A stretch of 64,000 nucleotides of DNA, taken from NCBI GenBank assembly GCA_034668505.1, contig JAXDPD010000003.1, positions 5,441 to 69,440 on the forward strand, written 5' to 3'. This stretch comes from Sphingomonadales bacterium (GTDB lineage Bacteria > Pseudomonadota > Alphaproteobacteria > Sphingomonadales > Sphingomonadaceae). Shown here one piece after another: positions 38,743 through 48,967 of the stretch. Every line of letters begins with the position of its first letter. Position 1 is the stretch's first letter. The translations under genes and the position numbers were made by a program. A model generated the notes under the pieces. It was not told the DNA's origin. It saw nothing but the letters and a program-made list of their open reading frames with translations, and did not search any database.

Positions 38743-41061
38743 ATGCTGAAGAAGAGAGAAGGGCCGGACCGCGACGCGCTCAGGCTGATCGACGAACGCC
38801 TCCGCTGGCTGTCGGCCTGGACGATCCACAATGCCAACCATCTGCGCGAGAGTCCCGACGGGCTGAAGGTCGGCGGGCATCAGGCGTCGTGCGCGTCGAT
38901 GACGGCGATCATGGCGGCGCTCTATTTCCACGCGCTCGGGCCCAACGACAAGGTCGCGGTGAAGCCGCATGCCGGGCCGGTGCTGCACGCCGTCCATTAT
39001 CTGCTGGGCTCGCAGACCCGGGAGCAGATGGAGAATTTCCGCGGCTATGGCGGCATGCAGAGCTATCCGAGCCGGACCAAGGACGCGATCCCGGTCGATT
39101 TCTCGACCGGCTCGGTCGGGCTGGGCGTGGCGATCACCGCCTTCGCCAGCCTGGTCCAGGACTATCTCGTCGCGCACGGGCTGATGCAGGCCGAGGAGGC
39201 GGGGCGGTTCGTGGCGCTGATGGGCGATGCCGAGCTCGACGAGGGCAATATCTACGAATGCCTGATCGAGGCGCACAAGCACGACATCCGCAATTGCTGG
39301 TGGATCGTCGATTATAACCGCCAGTCGCTCGATGCGACGTCCGCCGACCGCATGTTCAGCCGCTTCGACGAGATCTTCGCCAGCTGCGGCTGGCGGGTCG
39401 TCACGCTGCGCTACGGCAAGGCGCTGGAGGCGGCGTTCCGCGAGACAGGAGGGGATGCCCTCAAGGCTTGGCTCGACGCGGTCCCCAACGCCGATTATTC
39501 GGCGCTGACCTATCTCGGCGGCGCGGCCTGGCGCGAGCGGCTGCTGACGGAGGCGCCGGCGGCCGGCCCGATCCTGGAGGGGCGCGACGACGCGGCGCTG
39601 GCGGCGCTGATGACCAATCTCGGCGGCCACGACATGGACGCCCTGGTCGAGGCGTTCGACGCGGCCCAAGACGACGTCCCGACCCTGTTCATCGCCTTCA
39701 CCATCAAGGGCAACGGCCTGCCCTTCGCCGGCCACAAGGACAATCATGCCGGGCTGATGAACCCCGGCCAGATCGCCGCACTGCGGGAGAGCATGGGCAT
39801 CGCCGAGGGTGAGGAATGGGAGCCCTGGGCGGGGCTCGGCGGCAACAGCGCCGAGGCGGCCGGGGCCCTGGTCGCGGGCAGCCGGATCGCGCGGGAGAAA
39901 AGCGCGCGGCCGTGGACCGTGGCCGAGGTGCCTCCCATCGTCCCCCCTTCGGGCGCGGAGCAATCGACCCAGGCCGCGTTCGGCAAGATATTGCTCGACA
40001 TCTCCCGCGCCGGCGGCGCGCTCGCCGACCGGATCGTCACCACTTCGCCCGACGTCACCGTCTCGACCAACCTCGGCGCATGGGTGAACCAGCGCGGCCT
40101 GTTCCGCCGCAGCGAAATGGCGGACGTGTTCGCGGCGGCGAAGATCCCCTCGGCGCAGAAATGGGGCGGGCACGCCGCCGGCCAGCATGTCGAGCTCGGC
40201 ATCGCCGAGAACAACCTCTTCCTGATGCTGGCCGCGCTCGGGCTCGCGGGCGACGTGTTCGGCGAGCGGCTCTTCCCGATCGGCACCGTCTACGACCCGT
40301 TCATCGCCCGCGGGCTCGATGCGCTCAATTACGCCTGCTACCAGGATGCGCGCTTCATGCTGGTGGCGACGCCGTCGGGCGTGACCCTGGGGCCGGAGGG
40401 CGGCGCCCACCAGTCGATCAACCCGCCGCTCATCGCCATGGGACAGCCGGGCCTTCGCCATTACGAGCCCGCCTTCGTCGACGAGCTCGCCTTGATGATG
40501 GAGGAAGGCTTCCGCCTGATGCAGGCGCCGGACGGCGAGAGCGTCTATCTGCGCCTTACCACGCGGACCATCGGGCAGGTGGCGCGGGCGGACGAGCGCT
40601 GGAAGGCCGGCGCGCTCGCCGGCGGCTATTGGCTGCGCGCGCCGGGGCAGGGGGCCCAGGCCGCCCTGGTCTATTCCGGCGCGCTGGCGCCCGAGGCGCT
40701 GGCCGCCTGGGAGGCGCTCAGGGACGACGTGCCGGGCCTCGGCCTGCTGGCGGTGACCTCGCCCGATCTGCTCCACCGCGGCTGGAGCGAGCGGCGTTCG
40801 GGGCGCTGGACGGGCAAAGGCGCGGCGCTCAGCCATGTCGAAACCCTGCTCGCGCCTTTGTCGCGCGATGCCGGCCTTGTCACCCTGCTCGACGGCGCGC
40901 CGGCCTCGCTCTCGTGGCTCGGCGGCGTCGCCGGCCACAAGGTCAGCCCATTGGGCGTCGAGCGCTTCGGCCAGACCGGCACTTTGCCCGACCTCTATCG
41001 CGCCTATCGCCTCGACGTCGACGCGATCGTCGAGGCCGCGGCGGAATTGTTCCTGGACTAG
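38743..41061 (+). CDS. AceE/MdeB-like homodimeric 2-oxoacid dehydrogenase E1 (transketolase family)
   Basis: KVGGHQASCAS, DFSTGSVGLG, GDAELDEGN TPP motif, EGGAHQS. Confidence 0.85.
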   Translation: MLKKREGPDRDALRLIDERLRWLSAWTIHNANHLRESPDGLKVGGHQASCASMTAIMAALYFHALGPNDKVAVKPHAGPVLHAVHYLLGSQTREQMENFRGYGGMQSYPSRTKDAIPVDFSTGSVGLGVAITAFASLVQDYLVAHGLMQAEEAGRFVALMGDAELDEGNIYECLIEAHKHDIRNCWWIVDYNRQSLDATSADRMFSRFDEIFASCGWRVVTLRYGKALEAAFRETGGDALKAWLDAVPNADYSALTYLGGAAWRERLLTEAPAAGPILEGRDDAALAALMTNLGGHDMDALVEAFDAAQDDVPTLFIAFTIKGNGLPFAGHKDNHAGLMNPGQIAALRESMGIAEGEEWEPWAGLGGNSAEAAGALVAGSRIAREKSARPWTVAEVPPIVPPSGAEQSTQAAFGKILLDISRAGGALADRIVTTSPDVTVSTNLGAWVNQRGLFRRSEMADVFAAAKIPSAQKWGGHAAGQHVELGIAENNLFLMLAALGLAGDVFGERLFPIGTVYDPFIARGLDALNYACYQDARFMLVATPSGVTLGPEGGAHQSINPPLIAMGQPGLRHYEPAFVDELALMMEEGFRLMQAPDGESVYLRLTTRTIGQVARADERWKAGALAGGYWLRAPGQGAQAALVYSGALAPEALAAWEALRDDVPGLGLLAVTSPDLLHRGWSERRSGRWTGKGAALSHVETLLAPLSRDAGLVTLLDGAPASLSWLGGVAGHKVSPLGVERFGQTGTLPDLYRAYRLDVDAIVEAAAELFLD

Positions 41062-41131
41062 TTCCCCGGCGAAGGCCGGGGTCCAACTGCGCGGCAGGAA
41101 AAACTGGACCCCGGCCTGCGCCGGGGAACTA
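41059..41131. repeat. REP doublet, family A, whose terminal TAG/CTA are the stops of both convergent genes
   Basis: 27-bp arms 41059-41085/41105-41131 with one mismatch. Confidence 0.9.
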
Positions 41132-43081
41132 TTGCTCCGGCGTCAACGGCTCGACCCGGGGCGGAGCGGGGAGGGTGACGGCGTTGGCTGGCGGGAGGGG
41201 CTCGTCGGGGACGGGCGGCGTGTCGACGGGGACGACCGGCTCGACGCCGTTGACGGGTGCCACGACGTTCGAATCGCCGCGGTCGGCCTGCGACAGCGGC
41301 ACCGGCGGGGCCGCCGGGCGGGCGCCGAGCGCCTCGGTCATGAACGCGCGCCAGATCCGCGCCGGCGCGCCGCCGCCGGACGTGCCGGGCAGCGGGCTGT
41401 TGTCGTCATTGCCGATCCAGACGCCGACGACGAGGTCGCCGGCGAAGCCGACGAACACGGCGTCGCGATAGTCCGACGTGGTGCCGGTCTTGCCGAAGGT
41501 CGGCACGGAAAGGTTCGCGGCCCGGCCGGTGCCGCGCCGGACGACGCCGTAGAGCACCTCGCGCATGTAGCGCATGGCGGGATCGCGGCGCATCGCGGAT
41601 TCGGACGGGGCGTCGCCCGGTATGCCGTAGGGGCGGATCGGGAAGCGGCCCGAGGCGATGCCGGCATAAGCCGAGGTGAGCTCGAGCAGCGAGACGCCGT
41701 TGACGCCGAGCGGCAGGCTCGGCGCGGGCCTCAACTCGCTGGTGATGCCGAGGTCGCGGGCGGCCTGGATGACATTGTCGCGGCCGACCCGCTCGGACAG
41801 CTGCACCGCCACCGAATTGCTCGAAAAGGCGACCGCGTCGCGCAGCGGGATCATGCCGCGATAGGAATCGCCGTAATTGCGCGGCCGCCAGTCGCCGAGC
41901 CGGATCGGCACGTCGTTGACCATCGTATCGGGCCTGAGGCCGGCGCGGAAGGCGGCGAGATAGACGAAGACCTTGAACGCCGAGCCCGGCTGGCGGCGCG
42001 CCTGGGTGGCGCGGTTGAACACGCTTTGCGCATAATCGCGGCCGCCGACCATCGCCACCACCCGGCCGTCGAGCCGCATCGCGACCAAGGCGGCCTGGGT
42101 GCGGCCCAGCCCGGCGCGGCGCACCGCGCGCACCGCCGCGCGCTGGAGGTCGCCCTCCAATGTGGTGCGGATGCGGCGCTGGCCATAGCCTTCGTCGTCG
42201 AGATTGTTCGCCTCGGGCAGCACCCAATCGGCGAAATAGGTGCCGGTCGGGACATTGTCGCGCGGCGCCGGCTGGAGGCGCGCGGGCCGGACCGCGGCGC
42301 GCTCGGCCTCGGTGATGAAGCCGCTTTCGACCATGGTCTGGAGCACCAGATCGGCGCGGGCGCGGGCGGCGCCGAGGTGGCGGCTCGGCGCCAGCCGGCT
42401 CGGCGCGTTGACGACGCCGGCCAGCATCGCCGCCTGGGCGAGGGTCAATTGGTCGGGCGCGACGTTGAAATAATGGCGGGCGGCGGCGCGCAGCCCGTAG
42501 ACGTTGTCGCCGAAGGCGACGTTGGAGAGGTAGCGGCTGAGGATCTGGTTCTTGGTCAGCCGCGCCTCCAGCCAGAGCGCGATCATCGCCTCCTGCGCCT
42601 TGCGGACATAGGTGCGGTCGGGGGAGAGGAAGCTGGTCTTGGCGAGCTGCTGGGTGATCGTGCTGCCGCCCTCGCGGACCGAGCCCGAGCGGGTGTTGCG
42701 GACCAGCGCCCGGCCCATGCCCCAGGGATCGAGCCCGCTATGATAATAAAAGCGCCGGTCCTCGATGGCGACGAAGGCCAGGCCGACATGGGCCGGCAGC
42801 TGGGTCACGTCGACCGGCTCGCCGATGATCGAGCCGCGCCGGGCGATCGGCTCGCCCTCGGCCGAGAGGATGGTGAGGCTCGGCGCCGCGATCGGCCCCA
42901 GGGATTGCGACAAGGGCGCGGTGATCATCAGCCAGATCAGGATCAGCAGGAAGAGCAGCAGGAGCAGCTTGATGCCCTGCTTGATCCGCCTGAGCCGCGA
43001 CGCCCGCTCGCGCGACGGCGGCGGGGGAGGGGGCGGCGCCGCATCCGCCTGGTTGCCGACCACGATGGCTTCAGAAGTCAT
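41129..43081 (-). CDS. Class A penicillin-binding protein (PBP1A-like)
   Basis: TM anchor; EDRRFY, GSTITQQLAK, RKAQE transglycosylase motifs; SAFK, SSN, KTGTT transpeptidase motifs. Confidence 0.92.
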   Translation of the reverse strand: MTSEAIVVGNQADAAPPPPPPPSRERASRLRRIKQGIKLLLLLFLLILIWLMITAPLSQSLGPIAAPSLTILSAEGEPIARRGSIIGEPVDVTQLPAHVGLAFVAIEDRRFYYHSGLDPWGMGRALVRNTRSGSVREGGSTITQQLAKTSFLSPDRTYVRKAQEAMIALWLEARLTKNQILSRYLSNVAFGDNVYGLRAAARHYFNVAPDQLTLAQAAMLAGVVNAPSRLAPSRHLGAARARADLVLQTMVESGFITEAERAAVRPARLQPAPRDNVPTGTYFADWVLPEANNLDDEGYGQRRIRTTLEGDLQRAAVRAVRRAGLGRTQAALVAMRLDGRVVAMVGGRDYAQSVFNRATQARRQPGSAFKVFVYLAAFRAGLRPDTMVNDVPIRLGDWRPRNYGDSYRGMIPLRDAVAFSSNSVAVQLSERVGRDNVIQAARDLGITSELRPAPSLPLGVNGVSLLELTSAYAGIASGRFPIRPYGIPGDAPSESAMRRDPAMRYMREVLYGVVRRGTGRAANLSVPTFGKTGTTSDYRDAVFVGFAGDLVVGVWIGNDDNSPLPGTSGGGAPARIWRAFMTEALGARPAAPPVPLSQADRGDSNVVAPVNGVEPVVPVDTPPVPDEPLPPANAVTLPAPPRVEPLTPEQ

Positions 43082-43112
43082 GGCGACTGTCTCAGCACTT
43101 CCGCTGGCTTTT

Positions 43113-44231
43113 TCAAGCGCCGAGCAGCCGTTCGGGGCGGATTTGCGCCGGCGACGCGGTGAGCCCGGCCGGCCAGGGGGCGCCGGTGACCAGAGCCTCG
43201 ACGATCTGCGCCATTGCGGGCGCGGTCTGCAGCCCGTAGCCGCCCTGGCCGGCGAGCCAGAGGAAGCCGGGCGCGCCGGGCGCGAAGCCGGCGGTCGGCA
43301 CCCGATCGGCGGTGAACGTGCGCAGGCCGGCCCAGCGATGGGCGATGCGCGCGACGCGGAGCGAGGTGTAATGTTCGAGCCGGTCGGCGGCGAAGGCGAT
43401 GTCGTAATCCTCGGGCTGGGCGTCGCAGGGATCGTCCGCCACCTCGTCGACCGGCGAGACGAGCAGGCGGCCGGCCTCGGGCAGCATGTAGAAATCGCCG
43501 AGGACACTGTGCGCGAACGGCCAGGCGGCGATGTCCGTGCCGGCCGGCGGATCGACCGCGATGATGGTGCGGCGCCTGGGCTGGAGGCCGAGCGGCGGCA
43601 CGCCGGCGAGGCTGGCGATTGCATCGGCCCAAGCGCCGGAGGCGTTGACCAGGATGGGCGCCGACAGGCGGCCGTCGACGATCCAGGCCTCGCCGCGCCG
43701 CTCGATCGTGGCGATTCGGCGGCCGAGGCGGATCTCGCTGCCCTGGGCGCGGACGGCGCGGGCGAAGCCGTGGAGCAAGGCGTCGGCGTCGAGCTTGAGG
43801 CCGGTCGGATCGAGCAGTCCGCGCACCGCGGCGCCGGGGCCCGTCTTGAGGACCGGGCAAAGGGCCGTCAGCTCGTCCGCGCCGATGGGGCGGATCGCAT
43901 CGGTGAACTCCGCCATCGCCGCCGCGAGCGACGCCAGGGCGGGCAATTCGTCCTCGCCGGCGAAATAGAGCGAGGCGAAGGGCTGGGCGATCGGGACCGC
44001 GCTGAAGCCCGCCGGCGGCTGCTCGAAAAAGGGCCGGCTGTAGGCGGTGAGCGCGCGCACCGCCTCGCCGCCGATGCCGTAATGGCTGAACGAGACGCTG
44101 CGGCCCGAGCTGTGATAGCCGAGCGCGTCCTCGGCCTCGACGACAATGACCTTGCCGTGCCGCGCCAGCCGCGCCGCCGCCGACAGCCCGGCAATGCCGC
44201 CGCCAATGACGATGAAATCCGCGCCGTCCAT
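43113..44231 (-). CDS. FAD-dependent oxidoreductase (D-amino acid dehydrogenase/DAO family)
   Basis: IGGGIAG, WAGLRTFTADRVP, GQGGYGLQTAPA. Confidence 0.85.
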   Translation of the reverse strand: MDGADFIVIGGGIAGLSAAARLARHGKVIVVEAEDALGYHSSGRSVSFSHYGIGGEAVRALTAYSRPFFEQPPAGFSAVPIAQPFASLYFAGEDELPALASLAAAMAEFTDAIRPIGADELTALCPVLKTGPGAAVRGLLDPTGLKLDADALLHGFARAVRAQGSEIRLGRRIATIERRGEAWIVDGRLSAPILVNASGAWADAIASLAGVPPLGLQPRRRTIIAVDPPAGTDIAAWPFAHSVLGDFYMLPEAGRLLVSPVDEVADDPCDAQPEDYDIAFAADRLEHYTSLRVARIAHRWAGLRTFTADRVPTAGFAPGAPGFLWLAGQGGYGLQTAPAMAQIVEALVTGAPWPAGLTASPAQIRPERLLGA

Positions 44232-44313
44232 GGTGCGCAGCTAGAGCGTATTTTTCGCCCGAGGTGAACCACCTGCATCGCTGGAATGACGGGCAGAGGC
44301 GACGGGAAAGCCG

Positions 44314-45474
44314 CTAGCCGATCCGGCGCAAGGCCTCGATCCGCGGCCAATCGTGCGCGAACTCGTCGATCGGGCGGCCGAGCAGGCCGGCCGTGATCCG
44401 CTCGGCGGCGCGGCCGTCGCCATAGAGGTGCGAGCGCACTTCGGGCGGATGCGGCACGGCGAGCAGATGCTCGGCGGCGTGGAGGATGCGCTCGGGATCG
44501 GTGCCGACGCGCAGGGCGGCGCCGGTCTCGATGCCCTCTGGCCGCTCGGTGGCGTCGCGCAGCACCAGCATCGACTTGCCGAGAGCGACCGCCTCCTCCT
44601 GCACGCCGCCCGAATCGGTGAGGACCAGCCGCGCGCGCTGCATAAGCCGGACGAAGCGGGGGAAATCGAGCGGCGGCAGCAGATGGACGTTGGCATGGCC
44701 GCCAAGGCCGGCCTCGGCCGCCGCGCGCAGCTCGGGATGGGGATGAAGCGGGAAGATGATGGCGACGTCGGGCCGCTCGGCGAGCTTTGCCAGCGCAGCG
44801 CAGATCGCGCGGAACGGGGCGCCCAGGCTCTCGCGGCGATGGGCGGTGACCAGCACCGGCGCGCGGCCCGCCTCGATGCGCGGCAGGCCGGCGTCCATCT
44901 CCGCGCCCAGCTTCGCGTCGCCGTCGAGCCGGTCGAGCACCAGATCGAGCGCGTCGATGCCGCTATTGCCGGTGACATGGACGTCGCCCCCCAGCCGTTC
45001 GGCGACCAGATTGTCGCGCGCGGCGCGGGTCGGCGCGAAATGCATGTCGGCGATCAGGCCGATCGCCCGCCGGTTATACTCCTCGGGAAAGGGCTGGCCG
45101 CCGCGATAGGTGCGCAGCCCCGCCTCGACATGGGCGACCTTGATGCCGCGGTGGAAGGCGGCGAGCGAGGCGGCGAAGGCGGTGGTGGTATCGCCCTGGA
45201 CGATCACGCGATCGGGCGCGGCGCGGACGAGGATCGGGTCGAGCCGCTCGATCAGCCTGGCGACGAGCGGATTGAGCGCCTGCTCGGGCGCCATGACCTG
45301 GAGGTCGAAATCCGGGCGGAGCGAGAAGAAGTCGAGCGCGGCATCGAGCAGGTCACGATGCTGGCCGGTTACGCACAGGCGCGTTTCTACCGAAGACTCG
45401 CGCTCCAGTGCCTTGATCACCGGCGCGATCTTGACCGCTTCAGGACGAGTGCCGAAAATCGCCAGAAACTTCAT
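44314..45474 (-). CDS. wecB: Non-hydrolysing UDP-GlcNAc 2-epimerase
   Basis: FGTRPEAVK, TGQH, QGDTTT, HVEAGLR, TAHRRES, TDSGGVQEEA, LYGDGRAAERI. Confidence 0.93.
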   Translation of the reverse strand: MKFLAIFGTRPEAVKIAPVIKALERESSVETRLCVTGQHRDLLDAALDFFSLRPDFDLQVMAPEQALNPLVARLIERLDPILVRAAPDRVIVQGDTTTAFAASLAAFHRGIKVAHVEAGLRTYRGGQPFPEEYNRRAIGLIADMHFAPTRAARDNLVAERLGGDVHVTGNSGIDALDLVLDRLDGDAKLGAEMDAGLPRIEAGRAPVLVTAHRRESLGAPFRAICAALAKLAERPDVAIIFPLHPHPELRAAAEAGLGGHANVHLLPPLDFPRFVRLMQRARLVLTDSGGVQEEAVALGKSMLVLRDATERPEGIETGAALRVGTDPERILHAAEHLLAVPHPPEVRSHLYGDGRAAERITAGLLGRPIDEFAHDWPRIEALRRIG

Positions 45475-45543
45475 ACGCGCCCCCTGCATCTCAGATGCAG
45501 ATAAGCACAGGCCATTGACCTCGTATAGTAGAATTGTGTTCGT

Positions 45544-45590
45544 AAATGGGGACAGTTACTTTTTTTCCGAAAAAATAACTGTTCCTATTT
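45544..45590. repeat. Family D palindrome, long-loop variant
   Basis: AAATGGGGACAGTTAC-T-rich/A-rich loop-TAACTGTTCCTATTT. Confidence 0.7.
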
Positions 45591-45595
45591 ATCTT

Positions 45596-46111
45596 TTAGT
45601 ATGTTCCGCCCGAAGACCGGCGCGCGTCGGCGCGGCCCGCAAGATAAGCGGCGCAGCTCGCGCGCAGCGAGACGCTGTCGTCGGTCGAGAGCGAATAAGC
45701 GCTGCTCAGGCGGGCGAGGAAGCCGGCGGGGTCGTCCTGATTGCCGGCGGCGCGGCAGATGGTGGTGATCTGCGCGAGATCGAGCGGGCTGCCGCCCGAG
45801 ACGCGGCGCGCGGCCGTTCGCCGGGCCGGGCCCGGGACCTGGACGCGGACCGGCGCCGCGGCGACCCTGACCGGGCCGCGGGCGGGCGGCGTCGAGGCCT
45901 TGTTTGAGCGCGAAGGCGTTGAGGCGGCGACGGTGCGCGGACGGGCGGCCTGCGTCCGTGCCGGCGCCGCCCGGCGCCGCTGCACGGTCCGGGCCTGAGT
46001 CCGGCTGCGCGGCTGCAGCGCTTCGGCGCGGGCCTGAAGATCCAGCGCGGTCCGGTCGATCTGGGGCAGGGGGCTCGCGCCTGCCAGGAGTGCCGTCAGC
46101 AAGATGACCAT
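45596..46111 (-). CDS. Putative exported Arg/Ala-rich protein with a C-terminal Cys pair
   Basis: Hydrophobic N-terminus; low-complexity basic middle; ITTICRAAG...LRASCAAY. Confidence 0.55.
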   Translation of the reverse strand: MVILLTALLAGASPLPQIDRTALDLQARAEALQPRSRTQARTVQRRRAAPARTQAARPRTVAASTPSRSNKASTPPARGPVRVAAAPVRVQVPGPARRTAARRVSGGSPLDLAQITTICRAAGNQDDPAGFLARLSSAYSLSTDDSVSLRASCAAYLAGRADARRSSGGTY

Positions 46112-46165
46112 TTCAAAATCCCCCCGGGAAACCTTCCCGTGGAGCCGGTAATTATACGGGGATGG

Positions 46166-46182
46166 TAAACAAGGCGTTAACC
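46166..46182. promoter_or_regulatory. Candidate CtrA box
   Basis: TAAA-N7-TTAACC, one mismatch to TTAA-N7-TTAAC, in a divergent intergenic region. Confidence 0.35.
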
Positions 46183-46234
46183 TTATTGGCGGCGCCCGGC
46201 TTGTGCCGCGGCCCGGCCGGGGGCATCAGGCCGC

Positions 46235-46975
46235 ATGACCGACGAAGAGCTTGCGGCGCATCTGGCGGGGGAGGCGGGGCGGCTGCTGATCGGGCAGCGC
46301 ACCGGCGCGCTCCTCGAAGGCGCAGCCCTGGGCCGTGCCGCCGACCAGGCCGCCAATGCCTTCATCCTGAGCGGGCTCGCCCAATGGCGGCCCGACGACG
46401 CCTTGCTCTCGGAGGAAAGCCCCGACGATCCGGCACGGCTCGGCGCCCGCCGGGTGTGGATCGTCGATCCGCTCGACGGCACCCGCGAATATACCGAAGG
46501 GCGGGCCGACTGGGCGGTCCATGTCGCGCTGGCGGTCGGCGGCGCGCCGCTGGTGGGCGCGGTGGCGGTGCCCGCGCGCGGCCGGGTCTTCCGCTCGGAC
46601 CAGGTCGCGATGCCCGCCAGCGCAAGCCGCGCGCGGCCGATCATGCTGGTCAGCCGCACCAGGCCGCCGGTCGAAGCCGGGGCGGTCGCGGCCATGCTCG
46701 GGGCCGAGCTGGTGGCGATGGGCTCGGCGGGCGCCAAGGCGATGGCGGTCGTCGTCGGCGAGGCGGACGTCTATTATCATGCCGGCGGCCAGCACGAATG
46801 GGACAATTGCGCGCCGGCCGCGGTCGCGCTCGCCGCCGGCCTCCACGCCAGCCGGCTCGACGGCTCGGCCTTGGTCTATAATCGCGCCGACACGAACGTC
46901 CCCGATCTGGTCATCGCCCGGCGCGATCTGGCGGCCCGGATCCTGGGCTTTTGCGCGGGGCGCGCTCACAGATAA
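46235..46975 (+). CDS. cysQ: 3'(2'),5'-bisphosphate nucleotidase (inositol monophosphatase family)
   Basis: LSEE, WIVDPLDGTREY, GSAGAKAM, HEWDNCAPAAV. Confidence 0.85.
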   Translation: MTDEELAAHLAGEAGRLLIGQRTGALLEGAALGRAADQAANAFILSGLAQWRPDDALLSEESPDDPARLGARRVWIVDPLDGTREYTEGRADWAVHVALAVGGAPLVGAVAVPARGRVFRSDQVAMPASASRARPIMLVSRTRPPVEAGAVAAMLGAELVAMGSAGAKAMAVVVGEADVYYHAGGQHEWDNCAPAAVALAAGLHASRLDGSALVYNRADTNVPDLVIARRDLAARILGFCAGRAHR

Positions 46976-47463
46976 GCGGCGAGCTGCATCCAGGCGCCGC
47001 GCTTCTTCTCGAACGGCAGGCTCGCATAAGCGGGGCTGCTTGAGGGCAGGTCGACGAGCGCCGGGCCGGGGAGGCCGGCGAGCTGCCGGCGGCCGATGCG
47101 CGCCGAGGTGGCGCCGTTGAAGCCGATCGCGCGCAGGTCCGGCAGCGTGGCGGCGAGCGCGGCGAGGTCGCTGGCTTCGTGCAGGCGGATGTCGGCGTCG
47201 AGGCTGCCCCGCCGCGTCGCCGCCGCGACCGTGTCCCACAGGCCGACCCGCGCCTCGAGCAAGGCCGCCAGCCGCGCCTCGTAATCGAGCGCGGCGAGGT
47301 CGCGGCCGATGACCGCGCCGATCAGCCGCCAGAACAGATTCTGCGGATGCGCGTAATAGCGGCCCTGCGCGAGCGACGCCGCGCCCGGCAGGCTGCCGAG
47401 GACGAGGAGGCGGGTGTCGGGCCGGGTGACGGGCGGGAAGCAGTGGTGCATGATCGAAGCCAT
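46966..47463 (-). CDS. DNA-deoxyinosine glycosylase (uracil-DNA glycosylase superfamily)
   Basis: LVLGSLPG, YYAHPQNLFW, GLWDTV, LPSSSPAYA. Start at 47463 or 47451. Confidence 0.88.
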   Translation of the reverse strand: MASIMHHCFPPVTRPDTRLLVLGSLPGAASLAQGRYYAHPQNLFWRLIGAVIGRDLAALDYEARLAALLEARVGLWDTVAAATRRGSLDADIRLHEASDLAALAATLPDLRAIGFNGATSARIGRRQLAGLPGPALVDLPSSSPAYASLPFEKKRGAWMQLAAYL

Positions 47464-47586
47464 GAAAGTCCAGGGCGGCTGCCATTGCAAGAAGGTCCGG
47501 TTCGGGGCGGAAGTTCCCCGCCGTCGAGGCGGCTTGCCCCGGCGGCGCGGCGGGGCCTAGAACCTGCCCGAAAAGGGGAGATCAGA

Positions 47587-48957
47587 ATGGCAAAAGGGGC
47601 GCCGGCGCGGACGAAGCTGGTGATCGCCGCCTCGTCGGTCGGCACCGTCTTCGAATGGTATGATTTCTTCATCTGGGGCACGCTCACCGCCTCGGGCATC
47701 CTCCAGCGCAGCTTCTTTCCGCCGGGCGACGAATTGCTCGCCACCCTGCTCGCCTGGGCGACCTTCGCGGTCGGCTTCGCGTTCCGGCCGTTGGGCGCGA
47801 TCCTGTTCGGCTATCTCGGCGACCGGCTGGGGCGGAAATACACCTTCCTCGTCACCATCACCCTGATGGGCGTGGCTACCGCCGGCATCGGCCTGATCCC
47901 GAGCTATGCGACGATCGGCGTCGCCGCGCCGCTGCTGATCATCCTGCTCAGGATCCTCCAGGGGCTGGCGCTCGGCGGCGAATATGGCGGCGCCGCCATC
48001 TATGTCGCCGAACATTCGCCGCCCGGGAAGGCCGGCTTCTACACCAGCTTCATCCAGGCGAGCGTGGTCGGCGGCTTCATCCTCAGCCTCGCCGTCGTCT
48101 TGCTCTTCAAGGGCATGGTTTCGGCGGAGGCATGGAGCGCCTGGGGCTGGCGGCTGCCGTTCCTCTTCTCGATCCTGCTGCTGGCCGTGTCGCTGTGGAT
48201 GCGGCTCAAGCTTGCCGAAAGCCCGGTGTTCACGGCGCTCAAGGAAGCGGGCGAGACCGCCGCCAATCCGTTCAAGGAGGCGTTCACCTATCCCGGCAAT
48301 CTGAAGCGGCTGTTCGTCGCTTTGTTCGGCATCGCCGCCGGGCTGACGGTGATCTGGTACACGGCGATGTTCTCGGTGCTCGACTTCCTCCAGCGTTCGA
48401 TGCGGGTCGACGGGACCGCCGCGCAGCTGATCGTCGCGAGCGCCGCCTTGCTCGGCCTCGGCTTCTTCGTCGGCACCGGCGCGCTCTCCGACCGGATCGG
48501 CCGCAAGAAGCCGATCGTGATCGGCTATGCGCTCACCCTGATCCTCCTCTTTCCCCTGTTCTGGCTGATAGGATGGGCGGCGGGCGGCGGCGGCGGCGCG
48601 GCGGCGGGCGCGACCTTCGTGCCCGAGGCCTGGCGCATCGCCGTCATCGTCGGCGCGATCCTGGCGATGATGTGCCTTTCGGGAATGACCTACGGCTCGG
48701 TGGCGGCCTTGCTCTCGGAGATGTTCCCGCCCAAGATTCGCTACAGCTCGATGTCGATCCCCTATCATTTCGGCACCGGCTATTTCGGCGGCTTCCTGCC
48801 GCTGATCAGCGCCTCGATCGTCGCCAAGACCGGCAATCCCTATTCGGGCCTGTGGTATACGTGGGGGGTGGTGGCGATGGCGTTGGTGGTGACCGTGCTG
48901 TGGCTGCCAGAGACCGTCGGCAAGCGCCGGGATGACTCGGCGGAGCGACAGCGCTAG
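47587..48957 (+). CDS. MFS transporter, metabolite:H+ symporter family
   Basis: GTVFEWYDFF, RPLGAILFGYLGDRLGRK, QGLALGGEYGGA. Confidence 0.92.
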   Translation: MAKGAPARTKLVIAASSVGTVFEWYDFFIWGTLTASGILQRSFFPPGDELLATLLAWATFAVGFAFRPLGAILFGYLGDRLGRKYTFLVTITLMGVATAGIGLIPSYATIGVAAPLLIILLRILQGLALGGEYGGAAIYVAEHSPPGKAGFYTSFIQASVVGGFILSLAVVLLFKGMVSAEAWSAWGWRLPFLFSILLLAVSLWMRLKLAESPVFTALKEAGETAANPFKEAFTYPGNLKRLFVALFGIAAGLTVIWYTAMFSVLDFLQRSMRVDGTAAQLIVASAALLGLGFFVGTGALSDRIGRKKPIVIGYALTLILLFPLFWLIGWAAGGGGGAAAGATFVPEAWRIAVIVGAILAMMCLSGMTYGSVAALLSEMFPPKIRYSSMSIPYHFGTGYFGGFLPLISASIVAKTGNPYSGLWYTWGVVAMALVVTVLWLPETVGKRRDDSAERQR

Positions 48958-48967
48958 TCACCGGCCG

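Noticed and set aside
44314-45474. Isolated wecB as a sign of a polysaccharide or phage-receptor island
   Set aside because: No glycosyltransferase or export genes nearby; stand-alone wecB is common.
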